Origin: Candidatus Obscuribacteraceae bacterium
GTDB lineage: Bacteria; Cyanobacteriota; Vampirovibrionia; Obscuribacterales; Obscuribacteraceae
NCBI GenBank assembly: GCA_044229845.1
Contig: JBGASG010000004.1
Span: 224,001-288,000, forward strand
Direction: 5' to 3'
Length of the DNA: 64,000 nt
Below are positions 1-9,974 of this stretch, piece by piece (position 1 is the first letter of the stretch; the number at the start of each line of letters is the position of its first letter). The translations under genes and the position numbers were made by a program. A model generated the notes under the pieces. It saw only the letters and a list, made by a program, of their open reading frames with translations, was not told where the DNA came from and did not search any database.

Positions 1-76
1 ACCTGGGCCGCCACTCAGACCCAGCCCTGTGATGTCCTGGATCTACAGGTGGAGCCGAAAGGATTGAGCGTCTCTT

Positions 77-1336
77 ATGAATAACTCGATGGGCAACCAA
101 CCGCCGGCGGTCGTTAAATTCGGCGGCACCTCGGTGAAGAGCATCGGTCGTATCCAGCATGTAGCGCAGATTCTCGACCAAACCCGCAAATCCCAGAGCG
201 TCCTGGTGGTGGTCTCTGCCATGGGCGACACCACTGACTATCTCTTGAAACTGGCCCATCAATGTGCGCCCTCCCCCGACAAGCGCGAACTTGATTCCCT
301 CTTATCCACGGGCGAGCAAATTTCGATAGCGCTCTTGTCTATGACCCTGCGTTCGATGGGTATCAAAGCCAAGTCCTTCACCGGACCTCAGGTAGGCATC
401 GTTACCGAAAACGTCCACAGCAAGGCGCGCATCGTCGACATCAACCGAGAGTTTCTTCAAAAAGCTCTCTCGGAAAATGAGATTGTGGTGGTGGCCGGAT
501 TTCAGGGCACCTCTCCCGAGGGCGACATCACGACCCTGGGCCGGGGCGGCTCGGACACGACCGCGGTCGCTCTCGCCGCTGCCGTCAACGCCCCCATATG
601 CGATATCTACACTGATGTCGACGGCATTTACACAGCCGACCCCAACCTGATTGCCAGTGCCCGCCTCTTGCAACGCATCTCATATGACGAAGTACTGGAG
701 ATGGCTCGCCTGGGCGCACAGGTGCTGCATCCCCGAGCTGTGGAACTTGCGCGCCAATACAACATCAAACTAAGGGTAAGAAACACTTTTAAACCCGGTC
801 ATCAGGGCACCACGATCGATGGAGGAAAAGACATGGAGTTGTTCAGCACCGTCAGTGGTGTGGCCGTCGACCGGGATCAGGCGTGCGTCGCCATCATGGA
901 TGTCCCCGATCAGCCGGGCATCGCCGCCAAAATTACGCAGGCGCTGGCCGATGAAAATATCGTGCTCGATATGATCATGCAGTCATTTCACCCGAGTATC
1001 GGATTGAACAACATCACCTTCACGGTGCAGGCTACCGACCTGGATCACACAATCTCGGCCCTCAGCGGCATCAAGGAAACACTCGGTGCCAAAGAAGTAA
1101 TTGCCGACCCCGATATCGCCAAAGTATCGTTGATTGGCGCGGGACTTGTAGGGCGCCCCGGCGTGGCGGCACGCCTCTTCGCAGTTTTGGGCGGCGCTGG
1201 TATCAACATCAAAATGATCTCGTCGAGCGAGATGAAGATTACCTGCGTGGTTGGACGCGATGAGGCGGACCAAGCCGTCAAGCTCATTCACGACGCCTTC
1301 CAGCTGGACAAAGAACCCGAGCCCGCTCGCAGCTGA
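77..1336 (+). CDS. lysC: Aspartate kinase (alpha subunit, alpha2beta2 type, two ACT domains)
   Basis: VVKFGGTSV, VVVSAMGDTTD, TTLGRGGSDTTA and DVDGIYTADP motifs; C-terminal ACT domains (VPDQPGIAA, AKVSLIGAGL). Confidence 0.97.
   Translation: MNNSMGNQPPAVVKFGGTSVKSIGRIQHVAQILDQTRKSQSVLVVVSAMGDTTDYLLKLAHQCAPSPDKRELDSLLSTGEQISIALLSMTLRSMGIKAKSFTGPQVGIVTENVHSKARIVDINREFLQKALSENEIVVVAGFQGTSPEGDITTLGRGGSDTTAVALAAAVNAPICDIYTDVDGIYTADPNLIASARLLQRISYDEVLEMARLGAQVLHPRAVELARQYNIKLRVRNTFKPGHQGTTIDGGKDMELFSTVSGVAVDRDQACVAIMDVPDQPGIAAKITQALADENIVLDMIMQSFHPSIGLNNITFTVQATDLDHTISALSGIKETLGAKEVIADPDIAKVSLIGAGLVGRPGVAARLFAVLGGAGINIKMISSSEMKITCVVGRDEADQAVKLIHDAFQLDKEPEPARS
833..1336 (+). CDS. Aspartate kinase beta (regulatory) subunit from an in-frame internal start
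   Basis: GGAGG at 821-825, 7 nt before in-frame ATG 833 (Met253, MELFSTVSGVAVD), at the position where beta subunits of alpha2beta2 aspartokinases begin. Confidence 0.75.
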   Translation: MELFSTVSGVAVDRDQACVAIMDVPDQPGIAAKITQALADENIVLDMIMQSFHPSIGLNNITFTVQATDLDHTISALSGIKETLGAKEVIADPDIAKVSLIGAGLVGRPGVAARLFAVLGGAGINIKMISSSEMKITCVVGRDEADQAVKLIHDAFQLDKEPEPARS

Positions 1337-1350
1337 ACGCGAATGTCGGA

Positions 1351-2292
1351 CTAAGTTTCCTGGGGAGCCATGTATTTGGCTTTGTATTCTTCGACCGTTT
1401 TCTTAGTTTCTTCGCTGTCTTGCGGCAGAAGCGGGAAGCCCATTTCGATGCGCTGCTCTAAATAAGCGCGCGCCACCCGGCGAGCCAGCACGGCGATTTT
1501 CTTGATGGTGGCCATACGCTCGTCGCGACCGAGAATGCCGCGAGCATCCATCAAGTTGAAGTTATGGGAGCACTTCAGAACTTGCTCGTAGGCAGGCATA
1601 ATCAGCTTCTCGTCCATCAAGCGCGCCGCTTCTTTCTCGTGCATGCGGAACATCGCCTGTAAAACTTCCGGGTCGGATTTTTCGAAGTTGTAGGTGGACT
1701 GCTCGATTTCGTTGCGCAAATACATCTCGCGGTAGGTGACTTTGTCGTTCCACTTGAGGTCGTAAACGCTTTCCACATTTTGCAAATACATGCTGATGCG
1801 CTCGAGACCGTAAGTGATTTCAGCGGCAATCGGCTTCAGGTCTATGCCGCCGGCTTGCTGGAAGTAGGTGAATTGCGTGATTTCCAGTCCGTCCAGCCAG
1901 ACTTCCCAGCCGACTCCCCAGGCGCCCAGAGTCGGCGACTCCCAGTTGTCTTCGACGAATCGAATGTCGTGATCTTGCGGGTTGATACCAAGTGCCTTCA
2001 GGCTCTCGATATAGACATCAAGCACGTCGTCGGGGGACGGCTTCAAAATTACCTGGTACTGGAAGTAGTGCTGCAGGCGGTTGGGGTTCTCGCCATAACG
2101 CCCATCGGTGGGGCGCCGGCAGGGATCCGCGGTTGCCATATTCCAGGGCTCCGGTCCGAGCACCCGCAAAAATGTGCCCGTACTCATCGTCGAGGCGCCC
2201 TTTTCCAGGTCGAACGGCTGCATTACAACACAGCCATACTTATCCCAGAAACCGTTAAGGGCGTGAATCACCTGCTGAAACGTCAGTGACAT
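1351..2292 (-). CDS. glyQ: Glycine--tRNA ligase alpha subunit
   Basis: [45 protein letters not shown] and EITYGLER motifs; start moved to ATG 2292 with AGGA upstream. Confidence 0.97.
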   Translation of the reverse strand: MSLTFQQVIHALNGFWDKYGCVVMQPFDLEKGASTMSTGTFLRVLGPEPWNMATADPCRRPTDGRYGENPNRLQHYFQYQVILKPSPDDVLDVYIESLKALGINPQDHDIRFVEDNWESPTLGAWGVGWEVWLDGLEITQFTYFQQAGGIDLKPIAAEITYGLERISMYLQNVESVYDLKWNDKVTYREMYLRNEIEQSTYNFEKSDPEVLQAMFRMHEKEAARLMDEKLIMPAYEQVLKCSHNFNLMDARGILGRDERMATIKKIAVLARRVARAYLEQRIEMGFPLLPQDSEETKKTVEEYKAKYMAPQET

Positions 2293-2545
2293 GAGCTTTT
2301 TCCTGTAGCGAGGACCCGAACCTTTGAGTTTACCACCACCTTTTTCTCTTAGGGCAGTGGTCAGGTGGAGCAATTCAGGTCAAAATAGAGACGGGATTAC
2401 CGTTACGTCCCATTGCCAAGCGCTTAGTTCATATATGTTCTTGGCACAATAAAGTCATATAATGGGCGGGTTCGCCTCGAAACGGGCTTCCATACTTACT
2501 CATCTCAATTTTTCCGATTTTTGATCTTACGAGGAAGGAAAGGCA

Positions 2546-3835
2546 ATGGTGCAACAACTAAGGACCGGACAACAGGCTCAACAGCAGGATTTCGTTCCTC
2601 CTTTCCCCAAGACCATCGAGGAAACTGGGCTGAAAGAAGGATTTCTTGAAGAGCTCATTCTGAAGGACATCTACCTGGTCAACTTCGCGCTCGGTCGTGA
2701 AGTCGCCCAGCGGACGCTGCTTCCCTTCAAAATCGTCGAGACCGTTCTCGAGTCGCTCAAGAAGCAAATGTTGCTTGAAGTGCGTGCATCCGGCGGTATC
2801 GCCGACTACGAATACACACCGACAGATAAAGGTCGCGACCGCGCCAGAGCTTATTTCGACCACAACACCTACGTGGGCGCCTGCCCGGTGCCGTGGACGA
2901 CCTACGTCGAGTCGCTCAAGTATCAAACCATTCGGAAAGAATCCGTTACACCGCGTGACCTGGAAGTCGCCTTCTCGGACATCATGGTCAACCGCAAAAC
3001 CATCAACACCGTCGGCCCAGCCATCAACTCCGGACGGGGGATGTTCTTGTTCGGTGATGCAGGCAACGGCAAAACTTCCATCGCAGAGCGTATCGCTCGG
3101 TCGTTCCGCGGTCACGTCTTCATTCCGTACGCCGTAGAAATCGATGGACAGATTGTCCGCGTCTACGACGGTCACAACCACCAGCAAGTCGCTGCCTCGG
3201 CTTATCCGCGTGATTACGACCATCGCTGGGTTCGCATTCAGCGTCCCTGCGTAGTCGTAGGCGGTGAGTTGACCATCGACATGCTGGAATTGCAATACGA
3301 CTATTCAGCCAAACTCTATGAAGCACCGTTGCAGCTCAAGTCCAATTGCGGACTGCTGCTGATCGACGACTTTGGCCGTCAGCGTATCGACCACAAATCC
3401 CTGTTGAACAGATGGATCGTTCCTCTGGAAAAACGTGTGGACTACCTGACACTGCACACCGGTAAGAAACTGGAAGTGCCGTTCGAACAACTGATCGTAT
3501 TCTCGACCAACCTCAACCCATCAGACCTGGTCGACGAAGCGTTCCTTCGCCGTATTCCGTACAAGATTCACATCACCAGCCCGACTGAAGAAGAATTCAA
3601 ATGGATCTTCCTGCAGTACTGCCAGCGCGCCGGTGTGCCGTACAACGAAGAAGCGGTCAACTACTTGATCGAAACCCAATATCGCAGCGGTCGCCGCGCC
3701 ATGCGTTGCTGCCACCCGCGCGACATCATCGATCAGGTCACCAACCTCTGCAAATTCCTGCAGGCCGAGCCGCGCTTGACCAGAGAATACCTGGATCACG
3801 CCTGCTCCGTTTACTTCGCCGCCATGGGCAAGTAA
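2546..3835 (+). CDS. AAA+ ATPase with N-terminal winged-helix-like region, function unknown
   Basis: Walker A GDAGNGKT, Walker B LLIDDFGRQ, FSTN sensor, DEAFLRR arginine finger; AGGA-type RBS upstream. Confidence 0.85.
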   Translation: MVQQLRTGQQAQQQDFVPPFPKTIEETGLKEGFLEELILKDIYLVNFALGREVAQRTLLPFKIVETVLESLKKQMLLEVRASGGIADYEYTPTDKGRDRARAYFDHNTYVGACPVPWTTYVESLKYQTIRKESVTPRDLEVAFSDIMVNRKTINTVGPAINSGRGMFLFGDAGNGKTSIAERIARSFRGHVFIPYAVEIDGQIVRVYDGHNHQQVAASAYPRDYDHRWVRIQRPCVVVGGELTIDMLELQYDYSAKLYEAPLQLKSNCGLLLIDDFGRQRIDHKSLLNRWIVPLEKRVDYLTLHTGKKLEVPFEQLIVFSTNLNPSDLVDEAFLRRIPYKIHITSPTEEEFKWIFLQYCQRAGVPYNEEAVNYLIETQYRSGRRAMRCCHPRDIIDQVTNLCKFLQAEPRLTREYLDHACSVYFAAMGK

Positions 3836-3868
3836 GCGCCCCACAGGTTCTTCAGAAATAAGTACAAG

Positions 3869-3900
3869 AAACGAGCGAGGCGTTCCGTCTCGCTCGTTTT
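3869..3900 (+). terminator. Rho-independent terminator after the AAA+ gene
   Basis: AAACGAGCGAGGCG-TTC-CGTCTCGCTCGTTTT hairpin with T tract. Confidence 0.8.
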
Positions 3901-4085
3901 GTCACCACATGCGGTGCCGCCTCAGGAGCGCCGGTCGAACCCGCTCTCATACGTGATTACCCCACTCGGTGACTTCCACTGCCGTCGACTTAGGGTTATA
4001 TTGGCGGAGCTCCTTTGCCCGCAGCCGTCCGCTTGGCGTTGAATCTCGAAATAGCTGCGCACAAAACAGAACCGAGGATTCAACG

Positions 4086-4673
4086 ATGCCAACACTCCCA
4101 ATTGGCCGTATGGTCACGCCCGTTTTTGCCCTTTCCTTACTAATCAGTTCATTTCTAAATACATCTGTCTGCTCGCCCTGCGCGAGCGCACAGCAAGCCG
4201 GCTCGACAAGCCAGACCGGCGGCAACAGCAGCGGCGCTGGTGGAGCGCCGACTTTCACTTTGCCGAATTTCATCGGTGACGCGCGCGCCGGCGACTTATA
4301 TGAATACATGCATCCCACTCAAAAGCCGTCCTGGGACACATATCGCAAGTATCTGGAGGGGATCAACGCACCGACCGTAAGCCAGCAACCGCTGCGCAAA
4401 AGCCCGGATCCCTCGACGGCCACCAATACCGGCACCATCGGTACGACCATGCAGGCAGCTGCCGGCAGCGCCGTTTCGTCACTGAGCGGCAACAACGGTG
4501 GCAGCGGCGGCTCCACGGCGCCAGCTCAATCCAGCCAACCACTGGTCGAAACCACAACGCCTCCAGAAGCGACAGCCAGCAACTTCGATCTGCCTGGGGC
4601 AGGCGCCTCAACCAACGTCAGCGGCATGGTCGTCGGACCCGGGTCGGATCTGGTGCCTGGACTTTTGCCTTAG
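4086..4673 (+). CDS. Hypothetical exported Ser/Thr/Gly-rich protein
   Basis: GAGGA at 4074-4078 before ATG 4086; hydrophobic signal ending near ASA; low-complexity S/T/G/P body. Confidence 0.65.
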   Translation: MPTLPIGRMVTPVFALSLLISSFLNTSVCSPCASAQQAGSTSQTGGNSSGAGGAPTFTLPNFIGDARAGDLYEYMHPTQKPSWDTYRKYLEGINAPTVSQQPLRKSPDPSTATNTGTIGTTMQAAAGSAVSSLSGNNGGSGGSTAPAQSSQPLVETTTPPEATASNFDLPGAGASTNVSGMVVGPGSDLVPGLLP

Positions 4674-4852
4674 CCTCCTCAGGATCGATCGCGCGCGCTG
4701 GGCTGTTCACCATATCTGGTGGCAGTCAGCCGCGCTCGCCGGATGCCGCGGCAAATGTCGCAAACCTGAGACAAAGCACAGCCGAAACGCCGCCCCGGGC
4801 GCCCTTTTGAGATATGTTATCATGAGGCGTTTTCAGGCATGGCGTCCGGCAT

Positions 4853-6130
4853 TTGTTAGGCACTTCTAATCGTTCGAATTCGAGTACGGGCAGCAAGCAA
4901 CTGCTCGCAGAAGGCACTGGCACTATGGCACCAGATATGGTGCTGGCGGCGAGCAGCGATTCCGGACAGCGCTGGCGCCCGGTGCTCAGCGCCGGGCTGG
5001 CGGCCGTCGGCTGCGTCTTCTTCTGCCTGACGCTCAGCAAAATGAATGCCGGGCTGCAGGCGCTGCCCTGGTATGTCACCCTGGGAGCGCTGGCGGTTCT
5101 GGCGCTGGGCTCCGTCCGCCGCTCAGGAGGTTTCTTCAATTGCACGGATGCGGTGCACATCACCGGATTTCGTGATCGTGAACCGCTGAACATTCTGGAG
5201 TCGCTGGCAGCCAGCTATCTGGTGGCGGCGCTCATTCTCTACAGCTTCGCCTGCCTCTCGCTCTGGTTGCCGAAAAAACCCGTCTTGACCAGGCACGTGG
5301 TCGACATCGAGTTCACATCGCTCACCGACCGAGTCGACAATCAGGAAGTTTTGCCGGGCGAGATACAGCCGGAAGAAGTACGCAAGCGTACGGGCGACCT
5401 GGTCACGGCGCAAGGCTCGCTGCAACCGACTGCCGCACCGCAAGCCGCTGCCGAGCGCCAGGAGCCGGAGAAGAAGATCCTCGAGAAACACGAAACTTAC
5501 TCCAAGCCGGAAACGGCTACCAAACCCTTAGCACCACCTGCGGTATCGTCGGCACCACTGATTCCGCCCGTCGCCACTCCGCTCGGCTTTCAGCCGCCGG
5601 CGAAGTCGCAACCGCTCTCCATGCCCTCCAGCTGGTCGACGCAGGTCGTAAAAAACCTGCCGCCGCGACCCCGCACTGCGGTAAAAGACGGACCCATGTT
5701 CGAGGAAGTGCAACCACCTGAACTGGTCGAGATGGTAGACAACGAAGGCAGCGTGGACGCCACCAAGGTCACTCAGATGGGCGGTCGGTCATCAGGCGGA
5801 ACGGGCGCCAAAAGCGATCTCAACACCTATCTGAAAGAGCTGCACAAGAAAATCAAAACAGCCTGGGCGCCGCCTCGGGGACAGTCGCGGCGCGCTGAAA
5901 TTCTGTTTCGCATTGCCAAGCCGGGTCGTCTGACTTCGCTGCGCCTGGTGAAATCATCCGGAGACGGCGAAACCGACGAGGCAGCCATGCATGCCGTAGC
6001 CGAAGCGGTGAAAGGACAACCCGATCTGCCTCCCGCCTACGCCATGCCTTATCTGGATGTGCTCTACACCTTCAATTACACTGCCGATGAGCTGCAGGAA
6101 GTCGGAAAACCCGGCAACGGCGACCGCTAG
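4853..6130 (+). CDS. TonB/TolA C-terminal domain membrane protein
   Basis: Three N-terminal hydrophobic segments, Pro-rich linker, C-terminal YLKELHKKIKTAW...FRIAKPG...SSG...DEAAMHAV pattern; start uncertain. Confidence 0.75.
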   Translation: MLGTSNRSNSSTGSKQLLAEGTGTMAPDMVLAASSDSGQRWRPVLSAGLAAVGCVFFCLTLSKMNAGLQALPWYVTLGALAVLALGSVRRSGGFFNCTDAVHITGFRDREPLNILESLAASYLVAALILYSFACLSLWLPKKPVLTRHVVDIEFTSLTDRVDNQEVLPGEIQPEEVRKRTGDLVTAQGSLQPTAAPQAAAERQEPEKKILEKHETYSKPETATKPLAPPAVSSAPLIPPVATPLGFQPPAKSQPLSMPSSWSTQVVKNLPPRPRTAVKDGPMFEEVQPPELVEMVDNEGSVDATKVTQMGGRSSGGTGAKSDLNTYLKELHKKIKTAWAPPRGQSRRAEILFRIAKPGRLTSLRLVKSSGDGETDEAAMHAVAEAVKGQPDLPPAYAMPYLDVLYTFNYTADELQEVGKPGNGDR

Positions 6131-6166
6131 GCGCTTGAGCCCGGTCCGGCAGGGCATATATAGGTT

Positions 6167-7960
6167 GTGAAACCGACAAAAACCTCTGAAAGCCAGCTAG
6201 CCGAATTTATCTGCTCGACCTGCCAGAAGCCGATCAGCTTGAAGGCGCGCAGCGACGTGACGCGCTTTCTCTCTTTTGAAAGCCGCTGCATGTGCGGCGA
6301 CGCTCCGGAAGACTCAACGGCGGCTCCACAGCTGGTGGAGGTGCCGGATGAATCCGCCGTACTGACGCTCTTACAGGGGGCGCAAGAAGCTCTCGGTGAC
6401 GGCTATGAAGTACTCGAGCTTTTGCGCTCCGGACTGACGGGCGACGTTTTTAAAGTGCGCGAAAAGGGGCTCGATAAGCTGTTTGCGGTAAAGATTTTGC
6501 ACCCGGACCTGGCTGCCGACATTAATCTGGTCAAGATGTTTCAGCAGCAAGCGCAGGCGGCTCAGGACCTGACCCATGTCAATCTGGCTGCGGTTTACCA
6601 GTTTCAGCGCGGTGGCGCCGGCGCACCATACATCATCATGGATTACCTGGATGGTCAGACGCTCGACGAAGAGTTAGCCAACCACGGGTTTCTTGACGTA
6701 CCGCGCGCCCTGGATATTTTCATCCAGGCTGCAGAGGCACTGGCACACGCTCACAACAAAGGTGTCGTTCACCACGACTTGAAGCCGTCCAACCTGGTGC
6801 TCTGCCACGGAGACAGCGGACAAGAGCTGGTGAAGCTGGTCGACTTCGGCATCGCCCGCTCATTGCCGTCTGCACCGAGCGACGGCACTACCACCGGTGG
6901 CACAACCACTGCCGGCAAACGCTCCTCCGGTCACCCCACGAAGCCGGTCGCCGGCAGCCCACGCCATATGTCGCCGGAGCAATGTCTGTCGCGTCCTCTC
7001 GATGCCCGTTCGGACATCTACTCCTTCGGTTGCATCATGTATGAGGCATTGACAAATGTCCCCGTCTTCACAGACAAAAACCCACTGAGAGTGATGGTCA
7101 AGCAGGTGGGTACCAAGCCGCGTGCCTTTGCGGAACTGAAATACGAATATCAGGTGCCGGCACCCCTCGAGCAGGTTGTGTTTCGTTGTCTGGAGAAGAA
7201 TCCCAGCGGGCGTTACCAGAGCGCGCAAGCTCTTCTCGATGATCTGCAGCGCGTCAAAGCCGGCGAACCATTGGCACCGCCCCCGCCACCACCACCATGG
7301 TGGCAATTTTTCAATGAGAACCCGCTGGTCACAGGCGGTGTGGCAATAGTTATGCTGGCGACTTTGCTCGTCGTCTGGGCATTCGGCGCTTTCATGCTGC
7401 GCACGCACTTTCACAATCTGGCCGAGAACGACCAGTCGATAACAAAGCGGGCTGTGGTCGCCCTGCCGCGACCGGCCGTCCAATCGACTAAAAAGAGCGT
7501 TACCCCAGCCAAGCCAAAAATCCAGGATAAAAGCGCCTTCGACTGGAACAATGACGGACTCAACGGCACCGCCGATCACGATTCGCGCGTTCTCGAAGAC
7601 TGGGCCGACACTTATTATGCAGACGGTGACTACAAACGCGCCGCTTCGTTATTGGAGTTCATCGTCAGCTCCTACAACGACGGCCTTGTCGAATACGATG
7701 ACAGCGACAGAGAAAAGGCGCTGCTCGCTGAAAAATGCCAACGCCTGGCTCATTGTTATGTCGAATTGAAAGAGCCGCAGAAAGCCGTTGAACACTTCCG
7801 CGAAGCGATCTCTCTATCGCAGGAAACGGCGGATTCCAAAAACCTGGCCAAGCTGATCTATGATTACTCCAAGGTGCTCGAGTCACTGGGCAAAACGAAA
7901 GTCGCGCACCAGATGGTCAACGAGTATAAGAACAACGGGCGCCTGGCAGTCATTCCTTAG
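6167..7960 (+). CDS. Hanks-type Ser/Thr protein kinase with TM helix and extracellular TPR-like domain
   Basis: FAVK, HHDLKPSN, DFG, MSPEQ and SDIYSFG motifs; TM after PPPPPPPWW; helical TPR-like C-terminus. Confidence 0.9.
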   Translation: MKPTKTSESQLAEFICSTCQKPISLKARSDVTRFLSFESRCMCGDAPEDSTAAPQLVEVPDESAVLTLLQGAQEALGDGYEVLELLRSGLTGDVFKVREKGLDKLFAVKILHPDLAADINLVKMFQQQAQAAQDLTHVNLAAVYQFQRGGAGAPYIIMDYLDGQTLDEELANHGFLDVPRALDIFIQAAEALAHAHNKGVVHHDLKPSNLVLCHGDSGQELVKLVDFGIARSLPSAPSDGTTTGGTTTAGKRSSGHPTKPVAGSPRHMSPEQCLSRPLDARSDIYSFGCIMYEALTNVPVFTDKNPLRVMVKQVGTKPRAFAELKYEYQVPAPLEQVVFRCLEKNPSGRYQSAQALLDDLQRVKAGEPLAPPPPPPPWWQFFNENPLVTGGVAIVMLATLLVVWAFGAFMLRTHFHNLAENDQSITKRAVVALPRPAVQSTKKSVTPAKPKIQDKSAFDWNNDGLNGTADHDSRVLEDWADTYYADGDYKRAASLLEFIVSSYNDGLVEYDDSDREKALLAEKCQRLAHCYVELKEPQKAVEHFREAISLSQETADSKNLAKLIYDYSKVLESLGKTKVAHQMVNEYKNNGRLAVIP

Positions 7961-9878
7961 ACGGCGCAATCTTCAGGTTTCTTTTGACGTCGACACCCAT
8001 GTAAGTCAGATAGCGCACGATGCGCGGCGTCAGGCGCCCGTTCAGAACGGCATGGTGATCGGCTGTCAGCGTTATGGTACCGGTGGCGAACCGGGTTACC
8101 GTCACAGCCGGGAGCGGCGCTCGCCAGAATAAGAACAGCAGCGTGGCGACAAACACCACAGCGGCCGGCAGCCGATGGCGCCGCAAGCGCGCCGATAAAG
8201 CAGCCAGCAGAAAAGCCGCATAGTAAAGCGCGATAGATAGTGTGGTTGGCGGTCCGATCACCAGCCGATTAGCGCCGTCGGCGGCAAAAAAGCGCGCCAC
8301 CACAATCAAGAATTCCAGAGGCAGTCGGCAGATGAGATCGCACAGCCACGTCAGGTGAGCGAAGGCGGGCACAACCGGCTCCAGACTGGCGGTCAGAGAA
8401 GAAACAAAACCGACGACCGTCAGCGGTGCCACCGCTGGCGCCACCAGCAGATTGGTCACCAGAAACATCGTGCCGACTTGCCAGAAGTGGTAGAGGAGCA
8501 CTGGCAAAACCGCCAGCTGCGCCGCCAGAATCACACCAATAGCTGCCGACGGGACTTTATGCAATCGACAGGCGGTCAGCGTTTCTTGCATGCTGCCGCT
8601 GACGAGGACGATGCCGATTGCCGCGCAATATGAAAGCTGCAAACCGATGTCGGTGATGGACAGGGGATCGAGCAGCACGGTGCCCATGAGGGCCAGACTA
8701 ATGATGGCCGGCGTGTGGGGACTGCGGTACAACGCCCTGCACAAGAGCGTCAAAGTGCACATGACTGCGGCGCGATTCACCGAAGGAGACGCGCCGGACA
8801 GCAAACAAAATGCCAGAATACCGCTGAGCGACAGGGTGCTGATCAGCCAATCGGAGGAAAGCAGCCGCGCCGCGACGAAATAGAGCGACCCTGAGGCAAT
8901 CGTGAGATTAAATCCGGATGCTGCCAGCAAGTGCGACAAACCGACATTGCGGAAGTCATCGACCAGCTGCTGGGGAGGATTGACGGCGCGGCTGCCGATC
9001 ACGATCGAGGACAGCAAGTCTCCCAGTTGCGTCCCCAGCGTGCGCCGGTGGCTCTCGACTATACCGCTGCGCAACCTGTCGACTTGGGCTCCCAAAAGGT
9101 AGAGGCAGTCGACGAATTGACTGATGCGGTCGGCGGGAAGCTGATCTGCCGGGAGCGGAACGATACTTTGCCCCGATTCGTCTCTCAAGAGCGATAGAAT
9201 GCCGCGCCTTTTCAAATAGCCTCCGTAGTCGAAGTCGTACGGGTGCGCTGCATGTCCTGGTCGCGTCAGCTTGCCTTTGACTACCACCCGGTCGCCGGCT
9301 CGCAGCGTTTCGCCCGCCTGGTGCGAGACCACCAGCACCACACCTTGATATTGACGGGCGCTGGGAAACAATACGGTCGTCACAGCAATTTGCAGTCGCC
9401 TTTGCTGCCGCTTTGCAGAATTGAGATGACCTGCGTCACCTTCGACGGCAATCACTCGCCCTGCAAAAACAATCGCGGGCAACCCGGTCAGAGTGGCTAT
9501 GTCAGATCGTTCCATCAGGCGCAGCCGCCACTGCGCATATCCGAAGGACAGCAGGGTAAAAGCACACAGCAGACAGCCAAATAGAAACGACCGGCGGGCG
9601 ATACCACATACGATACCGATGGCAATTACCGCCAGCAGCAAGCCGTTGGCGGTCAGCACCGCGGCCGCACAACCGCAAAGAACAAAGGCCGACAGCAAGA
9701 CAAACAGCCGCGGATAGACCGCGAAGCAGGCATTGAAGCCTGACTCCAAACCAGCCAGCAAAGCGGCAGGCAGGCGAGCAGGCAAATCGGGTTTGACCGA
9801 CGGCGCGACAACGTCACACCGCCCATTGAGCACGGGCATGCAGCACCTCATCGAGCGATCTTCGCGAGTTGACCTCAT
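7950..9878 (-). CDS. comEC: ComEC/Rec2 competence protein (OB-like + competence domain)
   Basis: FDYGGYLKRRG, GLSHLLAASGFN, SPSVNRA and DIGLQLSY motifs; many TM helices; start uncertain. Confidence 0.88.
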   Translation of the reverse strand: MRSTREDRSMRCCMPVLNGRCDVVAPSVKPDLPARLPAALLAGLESGFNACFAVYPRLFVLLSAFVLCGCAAAVLTANGLLLAVIAIGIVCGIARRSFLFGCLLCAFTLLSFGYAQWRLRLMERSDIATLTGLPAIVFAGRVIAVEGDAGHLNSAKRQQRRLQIAVTTVLFPSARQYQGVVLVVSHQAGETLRAGDRVVVKGKLTRPGHAAHPYDFDYGGYLKRRGILSLLRDESGQSIVPLPADQLPADRISQFVDCLYLLGAQVDRLRSGIVESHRRTLGTQLGDLLSSIVIGSRAVNPPQQLVDDFRNVGLSHLLAASGFNLTIASGSLYFVAARLLSSDWLISTLSLSGILAFCLLSGASPSVNRAAVMCTLTLLCRALYRSPHTPAIISLALMGTVLLDPLSITDIGLQLSYCAAIGIVLVSGSMQETLTACRLHKVPSAAIGVILAAQLAVLPVLLYHFWQVGTMFLVTNLLVAPAVAPLTVVGFVSSLTASLEPVVPAFAHLTWLCDLICRLPLEFLIVVARFFAADGANRLVIGPPTTLSIALYYAAFLLAALSARLRRHRLPAAVVFVATLLFLFWRAPLPAVTVTRFATGTITLTADHHAVLNGRLTPRIVRYLTYMGVDVKRNLKIAPSKE

Positions 9879-9924
9879 CTTATATAACGTTGTTCGCAGT
9901 CAAAAAGTTCAATCTTGAAAGATG

Positions 9925-9953
9925 AAAAAGGCGAGACTTGCGTCTCGCCTTTT
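9925..9953 (-). terminator. Rho-independent (bidirectional-looking) terminator after the 1009-aa gene
   Basis: AAAAA-GGCGAGAC-TTGC-GTCTCGCC-TTTT. Confidence 0.8.
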
Positions 9954-9974
9954 ATGGTTACCATCCACGATTTT

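Noticed and set aside
2293..2373. N-terminal extensions in the ORF track for glyQ (also rplI, xseB and the epimerase)
   Set aside because: Family homology starts at a downstream ATG, in most cases with a better RBS.
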